64,000 bases of DNA from Alphaproteobacteria bacterium (GCA_965200925.1 OZ241738.1:332052-396051); one strand, 5' to 3'; shown: positions 18,951-28,245, counted from the stretch's first letter. Translations and numbers: made by a program. Notes: generated from the sequence alone by a model not told the origin.

Positions 18951-19035
18951 GACGATCTCCTGATGTTGGTGTTGCATCCTTCGGGGCGTTGGTTCCCCGT
19001 CGTGATGTTCGTTTGGGACACGCGCGCGCAACGGA

Positions 19036-19200
19036 GCCACAACGACCGCAATGCCAGCGCCGGGGAGCCGTCCGAGTGGTGCGGGCGTACAAACGACCGG
19101 AAACCCTTGGCGCGCGCGCTTGCGCGCTTAGAGTTTCCGCGGAGTGCGGAGCCACGGTCGGACGGCTTCCCGGCGCTCCCTGGCATTGCGAGTCGTTGCC
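19036..19200. promoter_or_regulatory. Large imperfect inverted repeat (~30-bp arms, ~95-nt loop) upstream of the SLOG gene
   Basis: The left arm CAACGACCGCAATGCCAGCGCCGGGGAGCC (19041-19069) pairs with the reverse complement of the right arm GGCTTCCCGGCGCTCCCTGGCATTGCGAGTCGTTG (19165-19199). Confidence 0.4.
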
Positions 19201-19292
19201 GTAGCGAAGCGGAGGACCCGCGAAGCGGGTTGGCGTAGAGAGCACGTGTGGCACAATCGAACGTCATGACGGGAGGCTGTGTTCTCTCCGCC

Positions 19293-19859
19293 TTACGGCC
19301 TCGTCGCCGGCACGGCGCCGGGGGGTTGGGCGGGATCGGTGCGGAGGGCCTCCAGGCGTTCGCAGATGGCGCGGGGGTGGAGGACGGCCATGTCGAGGAC
19401 CGGGATGCCGTGCGCCTGGGCGATGCGGATGGCCATTCCGGTCCCGCCCTGGGCGCGCCCGCCTTCGGTCCAGCAGATGGCGGCGCGGACGGGGACGGGG
19501 CGGCCGGGATCGGGACCGAGGAGGATCGCGGCGTTGCGGGCGTGGAGCTTGCGCACGGCGGGCGAGCACCGGTCCCATGCGGGATGCAGGGCGGCGGCGA
19601 TGGGGGCGAGCGCGTCCAGCCGGTCGGGGGACAGGAAATGGCACTCGTCCCCGCTCCAGCCGTTGTATCGGGGCCAGGGCAGGAAGATGACGCGGCGGGT
19701 GCGGGGTGCGCCGCTCGTGAAGGCGTCGTCGGCTCCCCGTGCGCCGCCGGTGCGGAGATACCATCCCCGGCGTGCGAGCCAGGTGGCCATGGTGGTCATG
19801 TGTTCGAGAACGGCCCGGGGCGTGGCGCGTGCTCCGATGCCGGCGTAGATGGGGGTCAT
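19293..19859 (-). CDS. DprA/Smf-like SLOG Rossmann-fold protein (188 aa)
   Basis: Motifs occur in DprA/LOG-like order: YAGIGARATP, then TGGARGADDAF, then HARNAAILLGPD, then TEGGRAQGGTGMAIRIA. Confidence 0.5.
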   Translation of the reverse strand: MTPIYAGIGARATPRAVLEHMTTMATWLARRGWYLRTGGARGADDAFTSGAPRTRRVIFLPWPRYNGWSGDECHFLSPDRLDALAPIAAALHPAWDRCSPAVRKLHARNAAILLGPDPGRPVPVRAAICWTEGGRAQGGTGMAIRIAQAHGIPVLDMAVLHPRAICERLEALRTDPAQPPGAVPATRP

Positions 19860-20024
19860 GGGGGTTCCTCCCGTAGACGTGTGATGACGCGCCGTGGAGT
19901 CCGGGTCTCTCTCCCGGTCTCGCGGCGAACGCCCTCTCCCTCGCTCCCCTCTTCCTCCAGCAACGGTTCCGCCGGCTTCGGACCGCGGAACGACGGGCGC
20001 GCCCGCCCGCCGGCGCCGTCGCGG

Positions 20025-20249
20025 TCACCACAGCGGGTGGGTGTCGACGAGGCGTTCGGTGACCTCGCGGATGCGGGCGCGGTCCTGGACGGAGACGGGT
20101 CCGCGCCAGTCCTCGTTGAGATGGACGACGTAGCAATGGGCGCCCGGATCGAGGGCGTCGGGCTCCCGGTAGACGAACCCGACGCAATCGCCGTCGAGAC
20201 GGATGCGCGACTCGCCGGGGTTGATACGCTCGAAGGTGACGTGATCCAT
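20025..20249 (-). CDS. Hypothetical small protein (74 aa)
   Basis: An ORF with balanced, non-GC-artefact composition on the same strand as its neighbours. Confidence 0.3.
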   Translation of the reverse strand: MDHVTFERINPGESRIRLDGDCVGFVYREPDALDPGAHCYVVHLNEDWRGPVSVQDRARIREVTERLVDTHPLW

Positions 20250-20362
20250 GGTGCGGTTCCTCCCGTGGTTGGTGAAGCCCGATCGCCTGCGCGGCGCGCC
20301 GAGGGCCGGCTCTCTCCGTCCCCCGTAGCGGTCGCCCTACCCCCTGTTCTCTCCGCTCCCGT

Positions 20363-21349
20363 TCAATGCGCGCGGTCGCGGTCCGGCGTGTGGAACAGGG
20401 GCGCGATCCTGGCGGCGAGTGCTTGCGCGCCGAATGCGATCAGGTCGTCGTTGAAGTCGCCGCGCTCGGGGACGATGACGTCGGTGGGGATGCTCAGGTT
20501 GCGGCAGCGCCGCCGGAGGCGTTGGGCGGCGCGTGCGCCCTCGGTGTCGTTGTCGTGGGCGATGACGAGGCGGGCGAGGCCGGAAGGGGGCGCGAAGGCA
20601 CCGAGGCTTCCGGCGGACAGCGCGGCGGCGGCGGGGATGGCGGGAACGGCGGTGACCAGGGAGAGCACGGTCTCGATGCCCTCGCCGACGAGCAGGGTGT
20701 CGTGACCGGGCGCGCCGAAGCGGACGGCACGGCCATGGACGTGGCCGAGGGCCTTGCGCGGGCTTGCGACGGCGGCCTTGGCGGGTGCGTTCGGATCGAG
20801 CCAGGTGCGATGAATACCGTCGATGGCGCCGTCGTCGCCGTCGACGGCGGCGACGAGCGCCGGGAGGCGGCGGAAGCCGTTGCGGTCGCGGTAGTTGAGA
20901 GCGGGATGGAAGCGGAGGGCGGGGAAGCGGCAGCGGCGGATGGCGCGGGTCCGGAGGTAGGCCTCGGCATGGCTGCCGTCGATGGCGCGGCAGGAGCGCC
21001 AGAGGCGGCGTGCGGCCTGCACCCGGTCGTAGGCGTCGCTGCCATGACCGTCGGGGACCGCCGGCATGGCGAGGAAGGCGCGCGCTTCGTCGAGGGCGGG
21101 CTTGAGGGAGGCGGCACCGATGGCGGTGCGGATGAGGTCGAGCAGGTCGCCATGCTCACCGGTGGCGGCGTCGGTCCACTTGCCGGGGACACCGGGAGGG
21201 GCAAGACGGACGAAGAGGGATCGGCCCCTGGCGCCGAGGGCGTCGCCGCAGGTCCAGTAGCGTCCCTGCTTGCGACCGTTGGGAAGGTAGCGCCGGCAGA
21301 CCTGCTCGGCGCGCCCGGCGAGGGCGGCGGCGATGTCGGTGGCGTTCAT
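20363..21349 (-). CDS. Toprim-domain primase-like protein (P4-alpha/TraC-like N-terminal Zn-binding region plus toprim), ~328 aa
   Basis: The start is MNATDIAAALAGRAEQVCRRYLPNGRKQGRYWTCGD, with RBS GGAGGG 7 nt upstream. The toprim glutamate sits in LLVGEGIETVLS and the DxD motif in AHDNDTEGARAA. The upstream 257 aa of the listed 591-aa ORF are Pro/Arg-rich GC artefact. Confidence 0.65.
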   Translation of the reverse strand: MNATDIAAALAGRAEQVCRRYLPNGRKQGRYWTCGDALGARGRSLFVRLAPPGVPGKWTDAATGEHGDLLDLIRTAIGAASLKPALDEARAFLAMPAVPDGHGSDAYDRVQAARRLWRSCRAIDGSHAEAYLRTRAIRRCRFPALRFHPALNYRDRNGFRRLPALVAAVDGDDGAIDGIHRTWLDPNAPAKAAVASPRKALGHVHGRAVRFGAPGHDTLLVGEGIETVLSLVTAVPAIPAAAALSAGSLGAFAPPSGLARLVIAHDNDTEGARAAQRLRRRCRNLSIPTDVIVPERGDFNDDLIAFGAQALAARIAPLFHTPDRDRAH

Positions 21350-21480
21350 GGCGGCTCCCTCCGGGCAGTGCGGGACGCACCGTCCCGGCCCGCCTCGCGC
21401 CTCTCGCCGGTGCGCGGCGGGCGGGCGAGGCGCGAAGCGCAAGCGCCCCTCCTCGGGCGGAGCGGAGCCCGTGGAGCGGA

Positions 21481-22041
21481 CTATCCGGCGAGCGTCCGGA
21501 AGGTCGCGGAGACGCGCGTGGTCCGCCGTCGGGCATTGGCCGCACGGTCGATGCCGTGCATCCAGTCCCGGCGTGCGGCGCCGCGCAGGACCAGCGCGGA
21601 GCGGCGGGGAAGCACGGCGAACTCGTCGCAGGGCAGGCCGTCGCGGCGATAGGGCCGGACGCTGCGGCGCCGGAACTGCATCCGCCATTCGTCGCCGAGC
21701 GAGAGCGAGACGATCACCGGGCCGAACGCCGCGTGATCGGCGTGCATGCCGATCCCCTGTCCGGGGCGGTACTCGTTCACGATGCACTGCTGGGGCGGCA
21801 CGCCGTCGAACAGGGGCAGGAGGCGCCGGGCCATGGCCTCGGCCCAGCGCGGGAACGCCGCTGCGGGAGCGCGCCGGTTCGGATCGTGGTTCCGGTAGTC
21901 GTAGCGGAAGCCGTACTGCTGCACCCTGCGTCCGAGCTCGCCGGACCAGGGCGCCTCGCCGATGCGGTAGAGGATGCGGCGCTCCTCGGCCTCGGTGATG
22001 AAGTCGGGGACGATCGCCGCCCCCTGCCCGAAGATGCTCAT
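21481..22041 (-). CDS. alkB: AlkB-family 2OG-Fe(II) dioxygenase (186 aa)
   Basis: The sequence QQCIVNEYRPGQGIGMHADHAAFGPVIVSLSLGDEWRMQF carries the HxD...H iron-binding motif of AlkB. RBS GGGAGGG precedes the ATG at 22041. The rest of the listed 420-aa ORF is GC artefact. Confidence 0.75.
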   Translation of the reverse strand: MSIFGQGAAIVPDFITEAEERRILYRIGEAPWSGELGRRVQQYGFRYDYRNHDPNRRAPAAAFPRWAEAMARRLLPLFDGVPPQQCIVNEYRPGQGIGMHADHAAFGPVIVSLSLGDEWRMQFRRRSVRPYRRDGLPCDEFAVLPRRSALVLRGAARRDWMHGIDRAANARRRTTRVSATFRTLAG

Positions 22042-22116
22042 GATGCCCTCCCATGCGAACTCGTCGCACTCGACGCACCGCTTCGCTCTGCCTCTCGCCC
22101 GCCGTCGTTGGAGGCG

Positions 22117-22165
22117 GTGGCCTCCGGTCGGGGGGCAAAAAAGGGGCCGACGCCGCGAGGCGCCG
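22117..22165 (-). terminator. Rho-independent terminator downstream of ssb
   Basis: On the minus strand the sequence reads GGGCCGGCGCCTCGCGGCGTCGGCCCC followed by TTTTTTTG. Confidence 0.45.
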
Positions 22166-22196
22166 GCCCGAGTGGGAGGGAGGAGAGGAAGGCCCG

Positions 22197-22664
22197 CTAG
22201 AACGGGATCTCGTTGCCGGTGTCGTCCGCCACCGTGGCCTTGTCGGCGACCGGCGCGGCCTCGCCGCCGGCGGGCGCCGTCGCCGTCTCCGCCGCCGGGG
22301 CGGGGGCGCCGTTGGGCTTGTCGAGGAACTGCACGCGCCCGCCCGGGACCAGCATGATCTCGGTCGAGTAGCGGTCGCTGCCCTCGCCCTCCTTGCGCCA
22401 CTTGCGGGTCTGCAGCTTGCCCTCGACGTAGACCAGCCGGCCCTTGCGGGCGTGCTTCTCCAGCATCCCGATCAGCCCGTCCTGGAAGGTGACGACCCGG
22501 TGCCACTCGGTGCGCTCGCGGCGCTCGCCGGTGGCCTTGTCGACGTAGCCCTCGTCGGTGGCGATGGACAGGTTGGCGACCCTGCCGCCGTTGGCGAGGG
22601 GGTTGACGATGGCGTCGGCGCCGAGGCGGCCGATCACCTGCGCGCGGTTCAATCCGAAGGACAT
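22197..22664 (-). CDS. ssb: Single-stranded DNA-binding protein
   Basis: An OB-fold SSB N-terminus (MSFGLNRAQVIGRLGADAIVN...WHRVVTF) is followed by a Gly/Pro/Ala-rich linker and an acidic tail ending DDTGNEIPF. RBS GGAGATCGTC precedes the start. Confidence 0.9.
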   Translation of the reverse strand: MSFGLNRAQVIGRLGADAIVNPLANGGRVANLSIATDEGYVDKATGERRERTEWHRVVTFQDGLIGMLEKHARKGRLVYVEGKLQTRKWRKEGEGSDRYSTEIMLVPGGRVQFLDKPNGAPAPAAETATAPAGGEAAPVADKATVADDTGNEIPF

Positions 22665-22770
22665 GACGATCTCCTCGTGGTCCTGGTTGCAGACGTTGGC
22701 TTGGCGAACGGGCCGGGTCTCTCTCGATCCCCTTCCCGTTCACCCTCTCGAACCTTCCCCTTCCCTCCTG

Positions 22771-22953
22771 TCATCCGTCCGCGCCGGTGCCGGGAGGGAA
22801 GCCCCTGAGTTCGCGGACGGCACGGACCGACAGTCCGATCTCGGCCAGCAGCCGGTCGCTGGCGAAGGGGGGCGGGAAGCAGTCGTCGTCGTTGCCGTCG
22901 GCGAGGCCGGTGACGATCCCGGCGGTCGGCGTCTCGAAGAGGTCGTCGAACAT
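22771..22953 (-). CDS. Hypothetical acidic small protein (60 aa)
   Basis: MFDDLFETPTAGIVTGLADGNDDDCF..., with RBS GGAG upstream. It lies at the 3' end of a longer artefact ORF. Confidence 0.3.
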   Translation of the reverse strand: MFDDLFETPTAGIVTGLADGNDDDCFPPPFASDRLLAEIGLSVRAVRELRGFPPGTGADG

Positions 22954-23228
22954 GGAAAGCTCCTGCGATAGAGGGGTCGAGAACGCCGCCGGGTGGGAGT
23001 CTCCCTCCCGCCCCCGGGGCGCTCGCCCCCTTCCGGGCTTCCCCTTCCTCGCCTTTCCGGCCCGGGGACCGCGCCGACCGGACGCGTCGAGCGATCGGCG
23101 GCCCTTCCAGCCTCCCCAAACAAGGCGGGCAACCCGCGTGGCTCTCCATGGGACTGCCATGCAAGCCGTAGCCGGGTTGGGGCCAGCCCCGGCCCATGGA
23201 CCGCCCTCTCGTGACGGGAGTGGAACGG

Positions 23229-24240
23229 TTATGACCAAGCCGTGGATCGCTGCATGGGCGAGACGTCGCCGAGCACCTCGACCTGGTCGAAGGACAACTT
23301 GGCGAAGGCGAGGCAGGCGGCGACCTCGGCCTCGCTGTCGTAGGTGCCGTGGTCCTCGCCGGTGGCGAGTTCGATGACGGTGTACCGGGCCGGCCAGGTG
23401 GGGATGCCGAGGAAGTGGCCCGAGCGTTCGTGGGACCGGCGGGCGCAGGGTTCGCACCTTACCGCCCCCCCGCGAGGGCTGTCCGCAGTCGGTGCAGAGC
23501 CCCCGCGCCCGCCGTCGGGCGTAGCGCTTGCGGCTGGCGGCGTTCTTCCGCCGATGGCGCCCGGCTTCCAGCGCGGCGCATCGGCCGCAGCGCGCGGTGC
23601 CGTCGAACGTGGCCTCCCCGCATCGGCCGCACAGGCCGCCCGCCCGCCGCCCGGCATACCGTTCCCGTTCGCCCGCGCGCCGCGTCCCTCGGCACGGCTC
23701 GCAGGCCGTGTGGCCCTCGACCGGCGGGTGCAGGCCGCACCGGGTGCACAGGCCGGCCTCGCGGCGGGCGTCGTAGCGCCGCTTGGTCCTGCTGCGCGCG
23801 TTGCGGCGACGCTCCTCCGGGTCGCGCCCGCCGTAGAGTTTGCCGGCGGCCTTGGCCTTCGCGTAGCGGGCACGCTCGGCCGCCTGCCGTTTCCCGGCGC
23901 AACGTCGGCACAAGGTGCGATCGGGCGTGGGCGGCGCCTTGCCGCAATTGGCGCACAGGCCCTGAGCGACGCGCTCGGCGGTGCGTTGCCTCTCGCGCGC
24001 GCGTTCCTTCTCGGAGTTCCTGTAGTGGGGCTTGCCGGCGGCCCTGCGCTTCGCGTCCCGGACGCGCTCGGCTTCGCGCCGCTTCCCGGCGCAGGGCGCG
24101 CACAGCCGGCGCTCAGGTTCGGGCGGCGCCTTGCCGCAATTCACGCACAGGCCCTGGGCGATGCGCTCGGCGGTGCGCCGCCGGAACCGGTCCCGGTCGC
24201 GCGCACGGCCCTCCTCGGGGTTCTTGTAAGCCATGTCCAT
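23229..24240 (-). pseudogene. Basic protein with five tandem zinc-ribbon-like repeats (GLCxxCGxxP...CxxCxxKR), split by a frameshift at a G7/C7 run
   Basis: Frame A (24240 to ~23465) carries repeats 1-4 and the start of repeat 5 (GLCTDCGQPS). Frame B (23873..23229) continues with RCEPCARRSHERSGHFLGIP..., which matches the second half of the repeat. The frames meet at CCCCCCC at 23465-23471, and six rather than seven C would restore a ~335-aa ORF. Confidence 0.55.
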
Positions 24241-24321
24241 GTCCTCCCTGCCGGGGTTGAAGTCCAGGCGAAGGACGCCCGGCCGGCGCGGGGCCGGCGG
24301 GGCGTCCCCGGAGAACGCCGC

Positions 24322-24642
24322 TCAGCCCCGCTTGCGCTCCGCGAACAGGCCGGTGGCGAGATCGCCCCAGTACTGCACGCCGCCCTTGAGGCGCATTCCG
24401 GTGCAGACGATGATCTCGTCGCGCGCGGGCCGCATCCGCTGGACCGCCCGCAGGGACACGATCTCCCCCTTCGCCTTGCGCCGGCCCTTCGCCGTCGGCT
24501 CGTCACCGGTCCGGCGGCGTATCTCGCCGTCGGCCATGGACCGGAAGCGCTCGACCAGGTAGCGGTCGTCGTCGAGGCCGGGGCCGAAGATGTGGGTGAG
24601 GAAAGTCTGCGTGTCGCGATGGGGGATCGTTGCCGTCCGCAT
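24322..24642 (-). CDS. Hypothetical protein (106 aa)
   Basis: MRTATIPHRDTQTFLTHIFGPGLDDDRYLVERF..., with GGAGACAGGACC upstream. It is divergent from the XRE gene. Confidence 0.4.
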   Translation of the reverse strand: MRTATIPHRDTQTFLTHIFGPGLDDDRYLVERFRSMADGEIRRRTGDEPTAKGRRKAKGEIVSLRAVQRMRPARDEIIVCTGMRLKGGVQYWGDLATGLFAERKRG

Positions 24643-24892
24643 GGTCCTGTCTCCGCCCGGTCCGTGGTTGGGGCGGCGGGGACGCCCTCGCGGACGCCCG
24701 ACCGCCGCCCCGCTCACGGCACAACCCGGACTCCCGGCGGCGCGTCGGCACCAGGTCGGAGAACGCCGGCCCCGGGGCGAGGCTCTCGTGCACCGGAGGC
24801 GGACGGCCGCCGGTAGGACGGCCATACGGATGCCGAACGGGCGGGCCTTGATGCGGCGCTGGCGAATGGAACGATCATGGAGGTGAGCTGCG

Positions 24893-25210
24893 ATGGCCAA
24901 GCAGTACAAGAGCGATGCCTTGGCGGCGGCGCATGAGACCACACTCGGCCTGACGGAGGCGGGCGTCATGGCGAAGCGCACGATGAGGGTCTTCGACGAC
25001 CTGTGTCTTACGCCGGTCGAAGACATGACGCCGGAGGAGATCCGGGAAATCCGGATGCGGGAGAACGCGAGTCAGGCGGTCTTCGCCCGATATCTCAACG
25101 TGACCACGAGCTTGGTGAGTCAGTGGGAGCGGGGCGAGAAGCGGCCGCGGGGCGCTTCGCTGAAGCTCTTGACGCTGGTCGCGAAGAATAGCCTCGATAC
25201 GGTCGCGTGA
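24893..25210 (+). CDS. XRE-family helix-turn-helix transcriptional regulator (HigA-like)
   Basis: The HTH is AVFARYLNVTTSLVSQWERGEKRPRGASLKLL. No convincing toxin partner is adjacent. Confidence 0.8.
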   Translation: MAKQYKSDALAAAHETTLGLTEAGVMAKRTMRVFDDLCLTPVEDMTPEEIREIRMRENASQAVFARYLNVTTSLVSQWERGEKRPRGASLKLLTLVAKNSLDTVA

Positions 25211-25362
25211 CGGAGGCAGCTGCCCCTGGCGGCGCGCCTGCGGAATACGACAACCGGGCGTGTGCGCGTGCGGCGGCGCGAATCCGATAATGACGGCTTC
25301 GAAGTGATGGCAGGATCGGCCGTCCGGGACGCGCGCGAGTTGGAAGGCGCCCGACGCCGCGG

Positions 25363-25551
25363 CTACTTTCCGATAAAGCCGATGTAGACGTAGAGCGCGG
25401 CCAGGGCCACGGTGACCGCGATGCCGATGTTGCCGTAGATGGGGGCGACCTGGAGACCCAGGAACAAGGCGAACGAGAACACGAGGTAGAGGCTGGCGAG
25501 GGCGGCGACGTGAGCGAGGACTTTCAGCACCTTCCGGGTCGTCGGGGTCAT
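25363..25551 (-). CDS. Small hydrophobic two-helix membrane protein (62 aa)
   Basis: MTPTTRKVLKVLAHVAALASLYLVFSFALFLGLQVAPIYGNIGIAVTVALAALYVYIGFIGK. Confidence 0.35.
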   Translation of the reverse strand: MTPTTRKVLKVLAHVAALASLYLVFSFALFLGLQVAPIYGNIGIAVTVALAALYVYIGFIGK

Positions 25552-25799
25552 GGGCCGCCCGGCTCCCCGACCGGCGCGGCGGGTTCGACGACGCCGTTCG
25601 GATCCGGCGACCATGCAGGCTGGCGCAGATGGTGGGGGCGTCGTGACTGCGGCGCGAGGCGCCTGCGATCACGAAGGTTCCGCCATCGGTAGAAGGTGGC
25701 GCGGGAGACGCCGACGGCGTTGGCTGCGGCTTGTGCGGTCAAGCCGTCGGACTTGACCTGTTGCCATCGGTCGAGAGCGTCGCGTCTGTCTCGAACCAA
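25548..25799 (-). mobile_element. N-terminal HTH fragment of an IS481/IS3-like transposase (truncated remnant)
   Basis: LTAQAAANAVGVSRATFYRWRNLRDRRRLAPQSRRPHHL resembles the transposase HTH plus the DRSRRPH motif. There is no catalytic domain downstream. Confidence 0.45.
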
Positions 25800-26068
25800 C
25801 AGCTTCGGAGATCCCTACACTCCTTCAACAACCGCGTCTCATATCTGTCTGAATTTGTTCATGGATCCCGCCATCGAACGCCACCACCGCGCGGCGGCCT
25901 CCCGCCCTGGAAAAGTCAAACGAAGATGTAGTATACTGCCGTCGGCATCGGGGAACTCCTCTGAGGCGAGATAACTCTTTGGCAACAAAAGAATTATCCC
26001 ACATCCAGAGTCCCGATGTACCGCCCCTTGTGAGAAATGCGGGCTAACAGGAATACAGGTATCCAATC

Positions 26069-26350
26069 ATGCCGCCCACTACATACAAGGTCACGGAAGC
26101 CCGAGCTCACTTCTCGGAGCTTCTGGCGCGGGCCCGAGCCGGCGAGGAGATCGTCATCACCAAGGGCCACGAGCCCCATGCCCGGCTCCTGCCGCCGGCC
26201 GGGCGCGGGGAGCGGGAGAGTGTGCCGCTAGGACATCTCCACCTGCCGGACGACCTCTTCGACGGCGACGATCCGGAACAGGCCGTGATCGATGCCGGCG
26301 ACCGCAACGATGCCCTCGGCATTTGGCGCGGCCGCGCGGCCGCTTCGTGA
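26069..26350 (+). CDS. vapB: Phd/YefM-family antitoxin
   Basis: YKVTEARAHFSELLARARAGEEIVITKGHEPHARLLP. The gene overlaps the downstream PIN gene. Confidence 0.8.
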   Translation: MPPTTYKVTEARAHFSELLARARAGEEIVITKGHEPHARLLPPAGRGERESVPLGHLHLPDDLFDGDDPEQAVIDAGDRNDALGIWRGRAAAS

Positions 26351-26724
26351 GACTGCTCCTTGACAGCCATGCCGTCTATTGGTGGATGACGGGTAACATC
26401 CGGCTGTCCGCGGTCGCCCGGGAACTGATCCTCGACGGCGCGAACGCCGTTCTGGTCAGCGCGGTTTCGATCTACGAAATCGAGCTCAAGGCCGGGCGCA
26501 GGCGCGTGAACCTGCCGCCCCAGGAACTGCGGGCGGCGCTCCGGCGCAACGCTGTCGAGGAGCTGGCCGTCACCCACGACCACGCGGAGTATGCCGCCCA
26601 TCTCACATGGGAGCATCGCGATCCGTGGGACCGTCTGCTGGCTGCCCAGGCCCTTCTGGAGAACTGCGTCCTCGTGTCGGTCGACAAGGTCTTCGACGGC
26701 ATCCCCATCGACCGGCGTTGGTGA
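26323..26724 (+). CDS. vapC: PIN-domain toxin VapC
   Basis: LLLDSHAVYWWMTGN...SAVSIYEIELK...DPWDRLLAAQALLENCVLVSVDKVF carries the PIN acidic residues. The start is TTG at 26323 or GTG at 26347. Confidence 0.85.
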   Translation: MARPRGRFVRLLLDSHAVYWWMTGNIRLSAVARELILDGANAVLVSAVSIYEIELKAGRRRVNLPPQELRAALRRNAVEELAVTHDHAEYAAHLTWEHRDPWDRLLAAQALLENCVLVSVDKVFDGIPIDRRW

Positions 26725-26988
26725 ACCCGGTTGCAATCGCCTGCCCAGCCTGTGCATGAGTCTGCGACGACGAGACACCGTCGAGGTAATGGCGCTCGGC
26801 ATGACAGCGCTTAGCGAACTGGAAACAGTCCTGCGCTCGCGAACGGTAACATGGCGTGATGCTGCACATCGACAGCGCATGGCCTTGCTCTTCTGTTCTA
26901 AATCATGCGATGAAGTGAGATCGAATTTGGGTGGCATGCCAAGGCTTGTTTCAAGATTTCAAGAGATTTACAGACACCAATCCTCGCA

Positions 26989-28245
26989 TTACGATCGGCC
27001 AAGCTCCTCGGGACGTACATCCATCAGCGTATCGATCCGGTCAGCGATTCGTTGCGCGGGCTCCCGGAGTTGCTCTGCGGTCCAGTCGGCAGCGTAGCCC
27101 TCGGTCACGTCATTGGGCCGGGCATGGTTGACCAGACGCTTGGTCAGGCTCTGCGGCAGCATCAGCTCGCGCTCGGCCACTGTGATGAAACAGTTGCGGA
27201 AGCCGTGGAACCAGAATTTGGCGCCGCCAGCCTTGGTGATCCGGCCGTAGAGATGGTGCGGATCCTCGACATGGCCCGACGCGCTGGTGAGAGAGGGAAA
27301 CACCCAGGCGCGGATGTTGTCCGGCAGGCCCTCGCTTTCCGCCCGGCGGCGCTCGAGGATAGCGCTCAGTTGTCGGGTGACAGGAAGCTCCAGCGGCACA
27401 CCGGTCTTGGTCTCTTCAACTCGAAAGGTCATCGCCGCCATGTCCACCTGCTGCCATCGCAGGGTCAGCACTTCGTCGCGACGCATGCCGGTGTAAAGCC
27501 CGAACCACAGCGCGTCCCGGATCGCCGGGTTGTTCACCTCGGCTTCGATGCCGGCGCGCCAGCATGGCAGGACCTCGGCCGGAGTGGATATCTTGCGCCG
27601 TACCTTGCGGTGAAACTTGCCGCCGCCGGCGAGCCACAGGTCGACCGGGTTGCGCAGGCCGTCGAGATCGACACAGGGCCGACGATAGACCGAGCGCAGC
27701 AAAGAGATCGCTCGGTTGGCCGGCGACCACCCGTGATCCTCGGTGATGCGGTTGAAGCGGCCCTCCACGTCCCGGCGGGCGATGGCATCGAGGGGGCGGG
27801 AGAGCCAATCACCGAGATAGCGCTTGGCCTCGTAGCGGTAGAGCTCGTTCGTGCGTCTGGACCGGTTGGGATTGACCGCCATGTAATCCTCAAAGGCGTC
27901 CCCAAGCGTCGGCATGGTGCGCGCCTCCGCCCGGTCCTCGGCCGGGTCGTCGCCGTCGGCGACCTTGCCGAGGGCCTTCTGCGCCAGCCGCCGTGCCTGA
28001 TCGGGGGCGACCTTGCCGTAGCGGCCGAGGACGACACGCTTGTTGGGGGCCTTTCTGCCGCCATCCCCGGCGCGGTAGTTGACGATGAAGGATTTGACGC
28101 CGGAGGGCTGGATGCGGACGCCGAAGCCGGTGAGCTTGTCGTCCCATGCGATCCAGGGCGTGCTGGCGGGCTCGAGGGCATCGACGGCGCGCTTGGTGAG
28201 CGTCAGCTTGGTTTTCGCGATGCGTTTGGCGGTCTGGGCATCCAT
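26989..28245 (-). CDS. int: Tyrosine-type site-specific integrase (P4-like, with N-terminal arm-binding domain)
   Basis: The N-terminus is LTGFGVRIQPSGVKSFIVNYR. The catalytic motifs are RDALWFGLYTGMRRDEV, HGFRNCF and LVNHARPNDVTEGYA. Confidence 0.9.
   Translation of the reverse strand: MDAQTAKRIAKTKLTLTKRAVDALEPASTPWIAWDDKLTGFGVRIQPSGVKSFIVNYRAGDGGRKAPNKRVVLGRYGKVAPDQARRLAQKALGKVADGDDPAEDRAEARTMPTLGDAFEDYMAVNPNRSRRTNELYRYEAKRYLGDWLSRPLDAIARRDVEGRFNRITEDHGWSPANRAISLLRSVYRRPCVDLDGLRNPVDLWLAGGGKFHRKVRRKISTPAEVLPCWRAGIEAEVNNPAIRDALWFGLYTGMRRDEVLTLRWQQVDMAAMTFRVEETKTGVPLELPVTRQLSAILERRRAESEGLPDNIRAWVFPSLTSASGHVEDPHHLYGRITKAGGAKFWFHGFRNCFITVAERELMLPQSLTKRLVNHARPNDVTEGYAADWTAEQLREPAQRIADRIDTLMDVRPEELGRS

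Larger units (their letters stand above)
1..19000. repeat. Copy A of a ~44.9 kb direct repeat unit (near-identical to 44,870-64,000)
   Basis: Direct comparison of the sequence. Position 1 onward matches 44,870 onward, and 9451-12534 matches 54335-57424. The same holds for 11751-16520 vs 56641-61413, 16855-17421 vs 61749-62315, and 18027-18950 vs 63049-63972. The offset drifts from 44,869 to 45,022 because of indels. Confidence 0.9.

Noticed and set aside
20363-22138. A 591-aa ORF read as one large primase, and the 420-aa ORF 21481..22743.
   Set aside because: The N-terminal extensions are Pro/Arg-rich with no RBS. Conserved sequence and RBSs begin at internal ATGs: 21349 for toprim and 22041 for AlkB.
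26107-26937. A 276-aa minus-strand ORF over vapBC.
   Set aside because: It is antisense to a well-supported vapB/vapC pair, and its composition is an artefact.
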